Below, piece after piece: positions 1 through 20,000 of a stretch of DNA of 64,000 bases. The stretch's first letter is position 1. Each line of letters begins with the position of its first letter. The notes under the pieces are model-generated. The model did no database searches. It worked only from the letters and a program-made list of their open reading frames with translations, and was not told the DNA's origin. The stretch lies in assembly GCF_009914755.1 (NCBI RefSeq), contig NC_060927.1. One strand, 5' to 3'. The stretch comes from the human T2T-CHM13v2.0 reference genome, Homo sapiens. A program made the translations under genes and the position numbers.

Positions 1-151
1 AGTACTTGAAATGCTGTATACTTAATGTCCTTCCATTATGTTTCTTCAAAAACTCATTCTTATCAGATACATATCAAAATGACTCATCATCTAATGATGC
101 TTGGGTTAGGTTGGTTTTCTTTTTATTTTCTTCTTTTTATTTTTGTATCAG

Positions 152-249
152 CTGTATCCTAAAGCAGAATATAATGGCAAACAGTGTAGCAGATATTCAA
201 TCTAAATTGCTGCTAAAAATGGATCAAATGACTACCACAAGCAAATAAG
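152..249 (+). other. EPHA6: Candidate alternative (poison or terminal) exon of EPHA6
   Basis: Long polypyrimidine tract (~115-145) ending in TCAG at 148-151; donor-like AAG|GTGGGA at 247-255; read in phase 0 it gives LYPKAEYNGKQCSRYSI* (TAA 203-205); AATAAA at 343-348. No transcript evidence available. Confidence 0.45.
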
Positions 250-469
250 GTGGGAAATATTAGCTTCTCCCCTAATTTATATATTTTATTCTGTGGAATA
301 ATGAATCCATTAAATGTTTTAAAGAAACAATAATATGTTACAAATAAAAGATTTACTTCTAAACATCTTACTACATGTTTAGAAGTAGTGTATTTTATGC
401 TTTAAATTTTAAAAACTAATATTTTTCAGCTCTTATTATGTACTGTGTATGTAAGACATTATCAGAGAT

Positions 470-660
470 TCTGAATACCTATCTCAGCTAATTTTGGCTC
501 TACTCATGGACTATGTGACCTTGGGCATGGTATCAAATTCTCTGTACCTCTGTTTACTCATCTATAAAATTCTCTGTACCTCTGTTTACTCATCCACCTC
601 ATACAATTATTATAAAGATTGATTGTTGTAAAGCTTGCAGAATAGTGCTTGACATATTGC
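470..660 (+). mobile_element. MIR SINE relic
   Basis: MIR core-like 'ctatgtgaccttgggca...ctctgtacctctgtttactcatctataaaat'; carries an internal 28-bp duplication. Confidence 0.7.
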
Positions 661-1587
661 AGGTGGCAGAGCAAGGATTCAAACTCAAGTCTCTATGACT
701 CAAAAAGCCATGCTCTCATGCGTTATGAATTCATTTTATTAAATTGCTTACTACTTTTCCTTATAAGTCCACTACCATCTCCTCATGGTGTGTGTCCCCT
801 TTGCACGTAGAGTTTCTAAAAGTCACATTATTATAATGCAAAAAAAAAATCAAATGAATGGAAAAATAGGGTCAATACTTCCATCTTACTCTTCTTTAAT
901 GTTCTTACCCTTCTTTGTAATCATCTCTCTTCTTAGAAGCTCAAAGTGCTTTATAAACTTTGTGTTAATAGCAGATACTCAACTCCCCATGACAAGCGGA
1001 AATAAAATATATAAATATATATAGCCCATACATTCTCAAAAGCAAAGTCATTTTTCAAACTACAGCTTTAGAACATAATCACAGCTTATGTGAGCACAGG
1101 AAGGAGGAAGTGGCTAAGTGCACTGTGTAGTAGGGGAGCCATCCGTGGCTCATAATAGCCTTCTGTGCTTACTGGAAGCAGAAATGATTTCCCTTTGGTC
1201 TCCCACACTATTTGAAAACTGCTTCAATTTGTTATTTTATTATGAAGGAGTGGTAGCACTACTAAGTACAAGATTACATCTAGTGTCAGTGCTGGTTGCT
1301 GGCTGGCTGTCATATTGCACTGGATTCATCAATCTCATACCATTTGGGATCCTTGGGGACATTCTTCCAGATATATATCGGCAGAGGGGCAGTGTAGTCA
1401 AGTGTGTGTGTGGGCTTGTGTGTGAAAATATACATGTGTGTAGAGAAGGGATGTGTGTGTAACCGTGTGTATTTTTAATTTTAAAGTTGAATACATTCTG
1501 ACTTAGCAAGCAAATCATCAGCAGCCTGGCTGCCCAGAAGGCACAACTTCACCAATGTGCAGAATTTTTAACTTTTCTAAGCCCATT

Positions 1588-1692
1588 TGGGGATAGTGGT
1601 CAAGGTTACACTTAATTCACACTAATGTATTTTCTCTAATTTCACTAAAATTCACTAGTGCGAATTAAATGTAACCTTGACCATTATCCCCA
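1588..1692. repeat. Inverted repeat with 40-bp arms (36/40 identical) and 25-bp spacer; probable ancient palindromic DNA-transposon relic
   Basis: 1588-1627 is the reverse complement of 1653-1692 with 4 mismatches. Confidence 0.85.
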
Positions 1693-1873
1693 TACAGGCT
1701 TTTTCCAGCTACACATTTGGATTTCATAAATACTTTTTGTGGCACTTACCTGCAAACCACCTACCTCTAAATTTTAGAAATTCCCATTTCAGAACATTCC
1801 ACTTAGAACTTCCCATTTTTTATAACAATATTAACTAGAATCTAAACTAAGTATAGCTATAGAATACTTTAAC

Positions 1874-1927
1874 ATTGTTTTTTGTTTTTTGTTTTTATTA
1901 TACTTTAAGTTTTAGGGTACATGTGCT
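1874..1927 (-). mobile_element. Extremely 5'-truncated L1PA stub (~30 nt of 3' end plus A-tail) with 16-bp TSD
   Basis: Reverse complement of the L1PA terminus gcacatgtaccctaaaacttaaagtataat plus T-rich tail; flanked by tatagaatactttaac at 1858-1873 and 1928-1943. Confidence 0.85.
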
Positions 1928-1990
1928 TATAGAATACTTTAACTTTGAAATGCCACATGTCAACCACAAAAAAATTCCTTTGTTTTATAA

Positions 1991-2425
<435 letters not shown>

Positions 2426-2599
2426 TATACTTACATTTTTTACAGTGCAAATCACTTAGGCAAATAAGAAAGGGGGTCATCTATAAACCAAAAATCTAGG
2501 AGAAATTAATAAAGAAAGCAAGAAGGATTTAATTAAGTAAGGAAATCAGCTCAAAATATGCTCAGGGAAAGATGGCTGGGAGCAAGAAAAGTGAGTGGA

Positions 2600-2732
2600 A
2601 GGTGGTGCTATCAATTGAAATAAAGATACAGAGGAGGAACAGGATGGACTGGTAGTTGGAAAGAAATGGTAAGTTTAATTTTGGTCATGTTGCATTTGAG
2701 ATGTCTGTGAAACATCCACTGAAAATGTTCAG
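2600..2732 (-). mobile_element. L2 LINE fragment, left part, interrupted by the L1
   Basis: tttggtcatgttgcatttgagatgtctgtgaaacatcca is typical of L2 (reverse strand); the L2 continues at ~9239. Confidence 0.65.
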
Positions 2733-9226
<6,494 letters not shown>

Positions 9227-9238
9227 GGAAATGTCCAG

Positions 9239-9800
9239 ACAGCAATTTAAAATACAAATCTGATGCTCAGTGGAAAAATCTTGGCTAAAGTTGAACATCT
9301 GGGTCTTGGTAGCATAAAGGTAGTTACTAAATGCAAACCAGGATATTTCCTAAGAAGAAAGTTGAACCAGGGTGGAACTTTGTGCCATACCAATCTGAAG
9401 GGCCCCATGGATGGAATACCCAAAGGTAACTAGGCAAGAGTGGGCAAAGAGGAACAAGGAAGGAGAGAAAAACATGAAGTCCCCAGACCCAGGGGAATAT
9501 AGCTTTTAAGTCAGAAGCATATAACCGATTGTGACAAATTCAGGAGAGGAATTCTGAAAGACAGAAACAGAGAAACATCTATAGGATTTAGCAAATAAGA
9601 GGGACTCAGTGTTCTCAACAAGAGCACTTTCAATGGCTTGGTCCCAGGCAGAAGCCAGATTGCAGAGAGCAAAAATGAGAATGAACAACTAACAGGAATT
9701 TGTAGGTGGAGATGATTCCTTTGGGAACAGGTGGATGAGATGTCAAGGCAAGCAATAAATCAAATGCTAGTATGCTAGTAGACCAAAATATAAGAAAAAT
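9239..9800 (-). mobile_element. L2 LINE fragment (continuation)
   Basis: Purine-rich L2-like sequence, e.g. ggatttagcaaataagaggg...agaagccagattgcag. Confidence 0.55.
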
Positions 9801-9814
9801 CAAGGATTTCTTTT

Positions 9815-12800
9815 CAATTTTTTTATTTTGATAAAATACACATAACATAAAATTTACCATCTTAACCATTTTTAAGTGCACAATTCAGTGGTATTAAGTA
9901 CATTCATATCATTGTGCAAATATCACCAGTATCCATCTGCAGAACTCTATTTATCTGGCAAAACTGAAATGCTGTACTCATTAGGTAATTAAACTTTCCC
10001 ACTTCTTTAAAATCATTAAACTCCCCACTTCTCCCTTCCCCCAGCCCCTGGCAAACAGCATTCCGCTGTCTGTCTCTATGAGTTTGACTACTCTTAGTAT
10101 CTCATGTAAGTGAAATCATATAGTATTTGTCTTTTGTGATTGGCTTATTTCACTTAGCATAATGTCCTCAAAGTTCAGTCATGTTGAAGTGTATGTCAGA
10201 ATCTCCTTTCTTTTTAAGGATAAATGATATTCCCTTGTATGTATATGCCACATTTTGCTTATCCATTCATCTCCTGGTGGATATTTGTATTGCTTTCATG
10301 TTTTAGCTATTGCGAAGAATGCTACTGTGAGAATAGATGCACTTTGACACCCTACTTTCCATTCATTTGAGTATATATCCAGAAGTGGGATTACTGGATA
10401 ATACTTTAATTCTATTTTTAACTTTTAGGGAAACCACCATACTGTTTTCTATAGTGGCTATGTCATTTTACATTCCTACCAACAGAGTACAAGGGTTTCA
10501 ATTTCTCTGTATTCTCACTAACACATGTTATTTTCTGATGTTTTTGTTTGTTTTATGTTTGTTGTTATAATGGCTATCCTGATGGATGTGAAGTGGTGTC
10601 TCAACGAAGTTTTAATTTCTGTAATGATTTGTGGTTTTCAGGATCTTTTCAGTGCTTATTGGCCATTTGTATATCTACTTTATAAAAGTATCTATTCAAG
10701 TCCATTTTCCATTTTTGAATCAGGTTGCTTGATTTTTTTTTGTTGAATTTTAGGAGTTCTCTATATAGGATGGATACTATTCCCTTAGGAGATATATGAT
10801 TTACAAGCATTTTCTCCCATTCTGTGCGTTGCCTTTCTACTCTGCAGATAGTGTTTTTTGAGGCACAAAAGTTTTTAAGTTTCATGTGGCACAGTTTGTC
10901 AGTTTTTTCTTTTGTTGCCTGTGGCTTTGGTATCATATCTAAGAAATCATTGCCAAATCTAATGTTATGAAGGTTTTGCACTGTGTTTTCTTCTAAGAGT
11001 TTTATAACTTGAGGTCTTACATTTAGGTCTTTGATGCATTTTGAGTTAATTTTTACATATGTTTTAGGTAAAGATTGAACTTCATCATTTTGCATGTTGA
11101 TATTCAGCTTTCCTAGCATCATTTATTGAAAAGACTGTACTTTCCAAATTTAATAATCTTGGCACCCTTTTCAAAAATTATGTGACCATTGTATTAGTCC
11201 CTTCCTGCTTGTATAACAATATAACACAGATTGGATAATTAATAAATAATAGAAATTTATTTCTCACAGTTCTGGAAGCTGAGAAGTCCAAGCCCAAGGG
11301 TAATGGCTTACTATCCTTCTAAGATGGCATTTTCTTGATGCATTCTATATGACAGAAGGGACAAAAGCTGTGTGCTTACATGGTGGAAGAGCAGAAGAGC
11401 AAAAAGGGCAAAAAGGAGCTAGGACGCTCTTTTCACCCTCTTTTACAATAGCATTAATCCCATTCATGAGGATTGAGTGTTCATGAGTTAATCATTTACC
11501 AAAAGCCCAACTCTTAATACTATCACATTAAGTATTAGATTCCAGCATATGAATTTGGAAAGGACACATACATCCAAGCCATAGCAATCATACATGAAAA
11601 GGTTTATTTCTGGGCTCTCTAATCTATTCCATTGGTCAATATGTGTGTCTTTATGCAAATACCACAATATTTTGATTATTGTAGCTTTATACTAAGTTTT
11701 GAAATCAGGAAATGTGAATCCTCCAGCTTTGCTCTTCTCTGTTGGTTATCTAAGGTCCCTTGAAATATAACGTGAATGTGAATTCTAGGGTGGACTTCTG
11801 TGTTTCTGCCAAAAAAAAAAGTTGTTGTTGGAATTCTGTTAGTTATGTTGAATCGAAGTTGTGAAAGTGCCATCCTGGCCCTCTTCATTATCTTAGAGGA
11901 AAAACTTTCAATTTATAACGGTCGAGTATGATGTTCACTGTGGGTTATATAAACATACATATAGCTTTTATTATGTCAAAGTAATTTTCTTTTATTCCTA
12001 GCTTGTTGAGTGTTTTTATCGTGAAACTGTGATGAGTTTTGTCAAATGTTTTCTTCTTCACCAATTTAGATCATTGTGGAGATCTTCCCCCTTCATTCAG
12101 TTAATGTGGTGTGTTACATTGACTGACTTTCATATTTGAACCATCCTGACATTCAAATTATTAATTTGAATTAATTCAATTTGGCCATGATGTATAATAC
12201 TTTTAACATGCTGCTGAATTCCATCTGCTAGTATTTTCTTGGGGATTTTTTCATAAATGGTTAAGGGATATTGGTCTATAGTAATGTGGGGGTTTTTTGT
12301 AGTGTCTTTGTCTGGCTTTAGTATCAAGGTAATGTTCATGGAATGAATCAAAATGTCTCTCTCCTCTTCAATTTTTCAGGATGAAGTTTGAGGAGGATTT
12401 GTGTTCATTCTTTAAATGTTTGGTAGACTTCACCAATAAAGCCATCATCATCAGGTCCAAGGATTTTCTTTATCAAGAGATTTTTTATTACTAATTTAAT
12501 CTTATTACTAGTTATAGGTCTATTCAGGTTTTTTATTTCTTCATCATCTAGTCTTGATAGGTTTTGTGTTCCTAGGAATTTTTCCATTTTATCCAGGTTA
12601 TCTAATTGTTCACATACAATCATTTATAGTACTGTCATAATCCTTTTTATTTCTGTAGAATTGGTAGTAATATTACACCTTCATTCTGGTTTTAGTAATT
12701 TCAGTCTTCTCTTCATTTTCTTGGTCAATCTAGATAAAAGTTTGTTGATTTTGTTGTTCTTTTGGAAGAACCAACTTTTGGTTTTGTGGATTTTCTTTAT

Positions 12801-13503
12801 TGTTTTTCTATTCTCTATTTTATTTATCTTTCTTCTAATATTTATTTCCTTATTTTTGTTACCCTTGGTTTTAGTTTGTTCTTCTCTTGTTCCTTACGTT
12901 GTTAAGGTAGGTTGTGGTTTGGAGATCTTCCTCTTTCTCAATACAGACATTTATAGCCACAAATTTCCTCCTTGGCTCTGCTTTGGACGTGTGTCCTACA
13001 AATTGTAATATGAGGTACTTTCATTTTCAGTAGTCACTAAGTATTTTCTAATTCTCTTTGTGATTTCTTCTTTGATCCATTGGTTGTCTAAGAGTTTATT
13101 GTTTATACACAAATTTGTGGATTTTTCCGTTTTTCTTCTGTTATTTACTTCTTACTTTATCTGTTGTAGTCAGAGAACATACTTTGTATGAAATCTACTA
13201 TTTGAAATCTCTTGATACTTAAATTTATTGTCTAACATATGGCTTATCAAAGAAAATATTCCACATGAAATTTTGTTCTATTTTTCTTGGGTATAGTGTG
13301 TACTTCTGTTAGATCTAGTTGGTTTATTGTGTCATTCAAGTCCTTTATATTCTTATCTTCTCTCTGGTTGTTCTGTCCATTTTTCAGAGTGGGATTTTGA
13401 AATGTTTGTCTGTCTGTTTCTCCCTTCAATTCTGTCAATTTTTGTTTCATATATTTTGATGGTCTGTTGTTACTTATGTTAATGTTTGTAATTGTTGTAT
13501 CTT
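9815..13503 (-). mobile_element. 5'-truncated old L1 (L1MB type)
   Basis: 3' end 'cataacataaaatttaccatcttaaccatttttaagtg'; minus-strand ORF2-like fragments (10649-11122, 12130-12351, 12405-12623); TSD-like aaaatcaaggat at 9796-9807 and 13504-13515. Confidence 0.9.
11190..11586 (-). mobile_element. MaLR solo LTR (MST type) nested in the L1MB
   Basis: TG...CA ends (tgtattagtcc...ccatagca); ctcacagttctggaagctgagaagtccaag; 5-bp TSD accat/atcat; L1 sequence resumes collinearly after it. Confidence 0.85.
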
Positions 13504-14469
13504 AAAATCAAGGATATTTTTAAAATAGATGACAATTTGGACTATGTATACACTGAAAAAGAAGAAGGGACCATTTAAAAACTTGATAAAACAAAAGATT
13601 TAAGGAGATGAAAAGGTACAAAATCAAGGAACCTAGTGGAGGATTGACTTTGGAGAGTAGAAGCCGCCACATCTCCCAAGACTGGAGTGTTGGGAATCTA
13701 GATAGCTTTATGAGGAACATGCATAAATTGAAGGAAATGATGCCTGATTCTATTGCATTTCTATACAAAGTAGTAGAAGAGTTTTTATGGGAATTTTGAG
13801 GACAAACTTTCCTTTAAGGTGAATGTTTGGAATAATTATTGAAATTAAAAAGAAAAGTAGCAGATCATGAAAATGCTGGACCATGAAGAGCAAGTTCTAC
13901 TACTGTTTTTTTAAGGCCCCAGCAGGTGCAACCAACCAAAAATCTTCATCAAAGTTATTAATTGTATGCAATGTAAGTATCCAGGAGAGATGATCTTTTG
14001 GCCTGTTGGCCCAGTTATATGTGCTAGTTGTATACATTTGTTCCCCAAACTTGCCAGCCCTCATCTTGGTCCTGGAGAAAAATAATTAACTAATAATGCT
14101 GAACATTCAGCTGATGCTGAAGAACATAAATGTGTTATGGCAGTGATGTGCATGCTTATGTGATTTTCTACATGAACACTCAACTCCCCAAATGTAAGAG
14201 TGAAGATAATAGAAACTATGGTTTGTAGAGCATGTACAAAAGAAAAACAAGGATGCCAAAAGGGGACTGAGGATGGTAGTGAAGGGATCATTCAGGTAAC
14301 AGACCGTGAGTCCATGCTAGATAAAGAAGGAAATAAAGAGTCTAATAGACTAGAAAGAATCGAGAGTATATGGGCTAGAAGTCTTTATTGCATAGATGAG
14401 AAAGTATAGTTTTGTATGAGGGTAAGAGAGGAAGGGAAAGAAGAATGTGGCCAGAAAGTAGGGTACTGG

Positions 14470-14644
14470 CAGTAGTGTGCTAAAGCCAGATCATACCAGT
14501 TTGCAAGAGCTGGTTGATAAACTATTAGTAGCTTAAAATTTGCTATGTTGGGAGTAGTTACACCACAGGAATTGGCAAATGCTACAAATCAGGGCTTTCT
14601 GTCTTATTTTTCTCTGGAGAGCAGGTTTACCACCATAATACTAG
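14470..14644. mobile_element. MER63-type hAT (Blackjack) non-autonomous DNA transposon
   Basis: cagtagtgtgctaaagcc...ggcaaatgctacaaatcagggc...ggtttaccaccataatactag matches my recollection of MER63A, with TIR-like ends. Confidence 0.7.
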
Positions 14645-14759
14645 GTTGATGTTTAAGATTTCTAAAGTGAGGCAGTTTTAGAAATGACAACTTCCAGATG
14701 TCCATTTGGGAGTCTGTGGCTGAAATAAAGATGAGATTAATATACTTAATAAACTAATG

Positions 14760-14935
14760 TAACTAACATTTACATGTGCTTTCTATGGGTCAGTCATTAT
14801 TCCAGTCCCATGCATTAGCTCACTTATTGTTTACAACAGCACTGTGAAGTAGTTATTACCACTATCCTCATTTTACCAGTGACCAAACTGAGGCAAGGCA
14901 AGTTAGGTGGCTTGCCCAATGTCAAACAGCTGATA
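14760..14935 (-). mobile_element. MIR SINE
   Basis: ctcattttaccagtgaccaaactgaggcaagg...ttgcccaatgtcaaacagct. Confidence 0.7.
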
Positions 14936-14937
14936 AA

Positions 14938-16095
14938 TCATTTATTCATTTGTTATGCAAATATGTATTGACAGACTACAGTAGGCCAGGTACTTTTCTG
15001 GATCCTGGAATACAGAAGTAAGCAAAAGAGAATTAAAAAATTTAGTGGGTAGAGAAAAAAGAATTCAGCAAAATATATGGTAAGTCAGATGTTATTATTG
15101 CTGTGGAGAAAAATAAAGCAGGGAAAAGGCAAGTGGAGTTGAGAGTGGGTTTCAGGATTACATTGAGTGGCAGAGAAGGTCTCACTGAAACATGGCATTT
15201 GAGTAAAGATTAGAAGAAGGTAAGGGAGCAAATAAAGTGGATACCTGAGAGAAAATATTCCAGGGAATAGTAATAGCAAGTGCCAGTTCTCTGAAGTAGG
15301 AGCATTTTATTTCTACAGAATGGCAAATAAGTATTTATGCTTGATGAACATAATGCCTGTTTTTCCTAAAACAATGCCAAATTATGCATGTTATCCCTTC
15401 ACAATTATTAGCATGAGCCTTTTACTCTGCAGTTAGAATAATAAAATATATAGTCACCCTATCACTATGGCTAGAGAAGATTATGTAAGAAGAATAGTAA
15501 AAGATAAAATCAGAGCAGATGGAGACAGAAAGGGAAACATCTCTTGGACAACAATGATTCTCATATTTGGCTATATATTATAATAATTTAAATTTGAAGA
15601 CCTTTTAAAAATCTCAAGTTCCAGGCTTTACCCCAGACCAATGAAATCAAAATCTCTTGGGATGGGACATATGCATCAATATTTGTCAAAAGTTCCCCCA
15701 GTTGAGTCCAATATGCAGCCAAGTTGGAAAACTACTGAAATGAGGCCTAGTAGGCCATTATAATGACTTTGACTCTTCTCTGAGTAATATGGGAAGCCAC
15801 TGTAGTCTTTGGAATAGAGGCATAGCATGATGACCTAATTACTATATTTTATAAGGATCACTCTGTTTGCTGTATTAAGAAGAGACTACAGTGAGGCACA
15901 AATAGATGCAGGGAAATTAGGAGGCTTTTGCCATAATCCAGGTAAGAGATAATGATGCTCTAAACTAGGATCGTTGCAGTAGAGTTTATGGGAAATGGTC
16001 AAAGTCTATGATGTATGTTAAAAGTAGAGCCAATAGGATTTGCTGATGGATTGGATAAAGTGCATAAAAGAAAGAGAAAATCAAGGACAACATTT
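14938..16095 (-). mobile_element. L2 fragments (3' end first), interrupted by a MER5
   Basis: tcatttattcatttg...tattgac...ccaggtact 3' tail; gggaagccactg, ccaggtaagagataatgatg and agagccaataggatttgctgatggattgga. Confidence 0.65.
15551..15737. mobile_element. MER5-type hAT-Charlie DNA transposon
   Basis: caatgattctca...ccccagaccaatgaaatcaaaatctct...atgcagccaagttggaaaactactg. Confidence 0.7.
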
Positions 16096-16704
16096 ACGTA
16101 CAAAATAAGTTCAATGATAGGCAATAACTGTTTCCTAAGGTTATTGCACTACAGTATTAAATGGCTAATATACATAAAACTCCTAGAACAGTGTCTGCCA
16201 CATAATCAGGTATTCATAAGGTCATCTATTATTATTATATTATATTTCAGAAGATATCACTAAGAGTCATAAAATTGTCTGTTACTTCCTGATCTGTTTT
16301 TTCAGGTGGCTAAAAATAGTTTCAATTTTTACCATTAAAAAATGTAGATATACTTCAGGAATATGACTATTGAAATAACATATCTAAGTGCATATCAGCA
16401 TTTCAACAGCAATGTGAGACATTTGAAGAGTTTCCTTGAGCAAATGTGAAGCAAATATTAATTTAAAAATTAAAGAGATCTTTTAAATATTTATGTACTC
16501 AAATTATAAATCTAGTAAAGATGGCATTTCACCTTATACTAGTTATTTATTAATAATGAGAGCTGTATTTTATTAGCACACTTTTCTTGTAAATTGTGTG
16601 CATGTGGTTATATTTGTGCTGAGGTAGAAAAGTGAAATTAATCTAAATAACACTCATTTTATATTCAGCAGTGGAAAAGAAGAAAATTGCATTTACCCAC
16701 CAAT

Positions 16705-17004
16705 AACTGTTTGTTTGTTTGTTTATTTATTTATTTGGAGCCTTTATTGCCCGGGCTGGAGTGTAGTGGCGTGATTATAGTTCACCGCAACCTCAAACTT
16801 CTGGGCTTGAAATTCTCCCAACTCAGCCTCTTGAATAGCTGGGACCACAGGCATACACCACCGCGCTAGCTAATTTTTTATTTTTGTAGAGATGGGGTCT
16901 TACTCTGTTGCCCAGGCTTGTCTCAATCTCCTGGCCTCAAATGATCCTCCTGCTTCAGCCTCCCAAAATGCTGGGATTAGAGATGTGAGCCACCATGCCT
17001 GGCC
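16705..17004 (-). mobile_element. Alu (AluJ type) with (TTTG)n(TTTA)n tail
   Basis: Diverged two-arm Alu with AluJ features (tttttgtagagatggggtct); TSD aactgttt. Confidence 0.9.
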
Positions 17005-20000
17005 AACTGTTTTTAAGCCATAAAAACTATAGTTGAAACACACCTTAATTACATTTTTAAGAGAAAAATAGGTTAAACTTCATGCAGTAGAATGTTATCT
17101 TTTACTATACCTGTGTCAGCTTAATGCTAAATACTATTCTAAAAATAATGTGACATCAGACATGCACATATATGAGAGCATGGTGTGCTTAGAACCAAGC
17201 ATATGGTATGGATGAGTGAACTTTTTTGTAAATTAGGAGTTTGAGCAGCAATATTCAATAGCATGAGTATACCTCTTTAAACACTGTATTAACTGATACC
17301 ATGAAATTATAATTTATAATTCTCATTAATTCTTCTTTTGCATACAAAACTTGACATTGATCTTTTGATTGTATATAATGTAAAATTATATATAAAGAAA
17401 TTCTATGTATTTTTCCTGAACTCCTCTATGGTCACTCCTATCCCTTTGTTTGTACCATTTATGAGATATTGGATTTACAGAACTGAATATTAAACCCTAA
17501 ATTTATAATTTAACCATGCTCAATAACCAGAATCACCATCTTAGAGAGACTTCACCAGATACATATGCAGACACACACAGATATGGTCTGCAAAAACTTC
17601 CCTGGATTATTCTGATATGCTCTAATGATGCTTCATCAAGATGATGGCACTTTGTGACACCCTACCCCAAATAATAACTTTAAATTTAATTTTGACTTTG
17701 TATAAATATAGTACACAGTAACTAGTATATATTACTTTCATATAAATCTAAGCAGAAGTTATTTTGAACAAAGCAAATTCAGTAGTAACCTTTGTAAGCT
17801 AAAGCTATATTATATTCAGATTCATTTTTAGCTCTTAACATGTAATTCTGAAATCCAACCACCATGTTTCACAAATCCATATCTACTTATGTTCTTCCTA
17901 GGTTTTTAGGTGTATTAGAAATGACATTTTTAGTTTTCTTATTATTGAAATTACTGATTTCACTCTTGGTGGCCTCTCTCAACTACAACTAAAAATATAA
18001 CTGTGCCTAGCTTAAGTTCAAAATGTATGATGACTACAAGAGAAAGATCTTTGAAGGATTTATTAAGTTAAATTATAATAAGATTTTCAACTGGGAAGAC
18101 CACAAGAACTCAGACAATTTTCAATAAAAAGGAGATAGTTACTTATTTATTTGGTGGTTATTTTAAAAACAAGAGTGATTTGGTGTTTTGAAATCTATAA
18201 ATAATCCCAAACATTTCTTTTTCAAATTCAACATCATTTTAAAAAGTCATAGTGTAGTCACCTTTTTGATTTAGAAACATATAAAAACTGAAATTTAACT
18301 TTAAACTTAAGTTATAGAAGTAATCCTCCAAGGACTGTTTTCTGCAAAGTCATTTATAAATCAATTGTTCAGAACTTAAAATGCATTTTTCCATAAATAT
18401 TTCTTTTAAAGACATTTCTGAAGTCCCTGGGCAGACTTATAGAAGCCTCTTTAACACAGACTACAGCTAAAAGATGAAACGTCCAATAAGAAAGAGGCCT
18501 GGAAGTTTCCTTCAAAATGGGGAAAGTGTGTTTTCCTTCCCTTTACATGACTTGCCCCGGGCAAAAATTTTAAGGCAATTTTTCTATGTATCTACCTATT
18601 TCGTCATGTCTTCCTTCCAAGTCCTCAAATATAAAACTTTTATTGTGACAAATCACATGTGGTAGCACTTCTTCATCCCCTCTTGCCTGAGTTTAGGTCT
18701 TTTTCCACCTTATAAAACCACCTGTGACCTGGACTGTCATCCCATCCTAATCTCAGTTTCCATTTTCTCATTGGCACAAATCTTAGCTGGATATAAGGTT
18801 AGATTGATTTATGCGAGTATGTGACTCACAAATACTATTCTAATTCCTCCAGATGATTTTTCATCTTTTACTGCATTTGTAAACCCCAAAAATATTTTAA
18901 TAGAGGAATTTCAGAGAGCAAAACAAAAGTAAGTGGAAAGAGGCAGATAATATGGGTGAGGATATTTTTGTACCAAAGGACGATCAGTACCCCAAAAGTC
19001 AGATCCTCTGTGTTGTTCTGGCTCTTCAGAGATGCCCATCTTTTGTCTCTTATGAACCCTTTGCATTTCTGACATCCAGTTTTTTGAGAATGACCTCTAG
19101 CAACACAAAAATGGGAACGAGAGGCTTGAAGTGTCCAGTGTTTGCATACCTTGGTCTTTTGTAAACCATCTAGTAAGGTAAATGTCCTGTGTAGCCATTT
19201 TATAGCTCAAGTCAAAGGTTTGGAATTAATAATTTTACAAGGCTTCCACTTAGCCTTCTTTTTTTGTCATTTTGTTTTGAAAGGCTAGTGTCATTTCTTA
19301 TAATTCATAGTTAGTGAACCAAAAAGGCTTTTGATATACATATGGACCAAATTTCCATTACTTCTTTTTTTAGCTTAAATTGTCATTATCCAATAGTATT
19401 TATTGAACCAGATTTGTGAGGAATCTGTGAAATTTGTTTATTGTAGGTACCCATGACACCACATTGTGAAGGGTATCCTCTAAATGTTTGTAGAATCAGT
19501 GACATGCAATTTTTGTTAATTCTCCTCAAGAATAGCAGCTTATCATCTACCAGTTATAGTGTCATCTACCATCATATTTAACCTTTTAAGGACACTGAAT
19601 CGCCAGAGTTATCTGCTTTAATAATGCACATTTTTCGGCAAGAAAGTTTGAGGGCAGTGATTTATATTATGGTCCATAGATCTTTGACAGTTTCTGAGCT
19701 ATTCGGTTGGTGGGCTTGACATCAGTGATTCTCCATTGAAGATCTAGAAAGAAATATAGCAGATATCTATATAAGATATTTAGTTCCCTTTTCCTCACTC
19801 TTCAGCAAAAATATAAAAATTTTGTAGTAGTCATAATCAGAGTCTTGTCCTCAAAAGTGGAGACGGCTGCAAGTGTAGTCAACACTTCAGTACTTCTTGT
19901 TCATTCGTGATCTTTGCAGAGAATCTCCTATAGTAAATATGACTTTTCATTAAAAATACATCAAGAGAATATCTTACCGCATACTGAAAGTTTGAAAAGC

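Noticed and set aside
1118-1518. Overlapping 114-aa and 92-aa ORFs
   Set aside because: No recognisable domain, partly GT-repeat derived, no convincing splice context.
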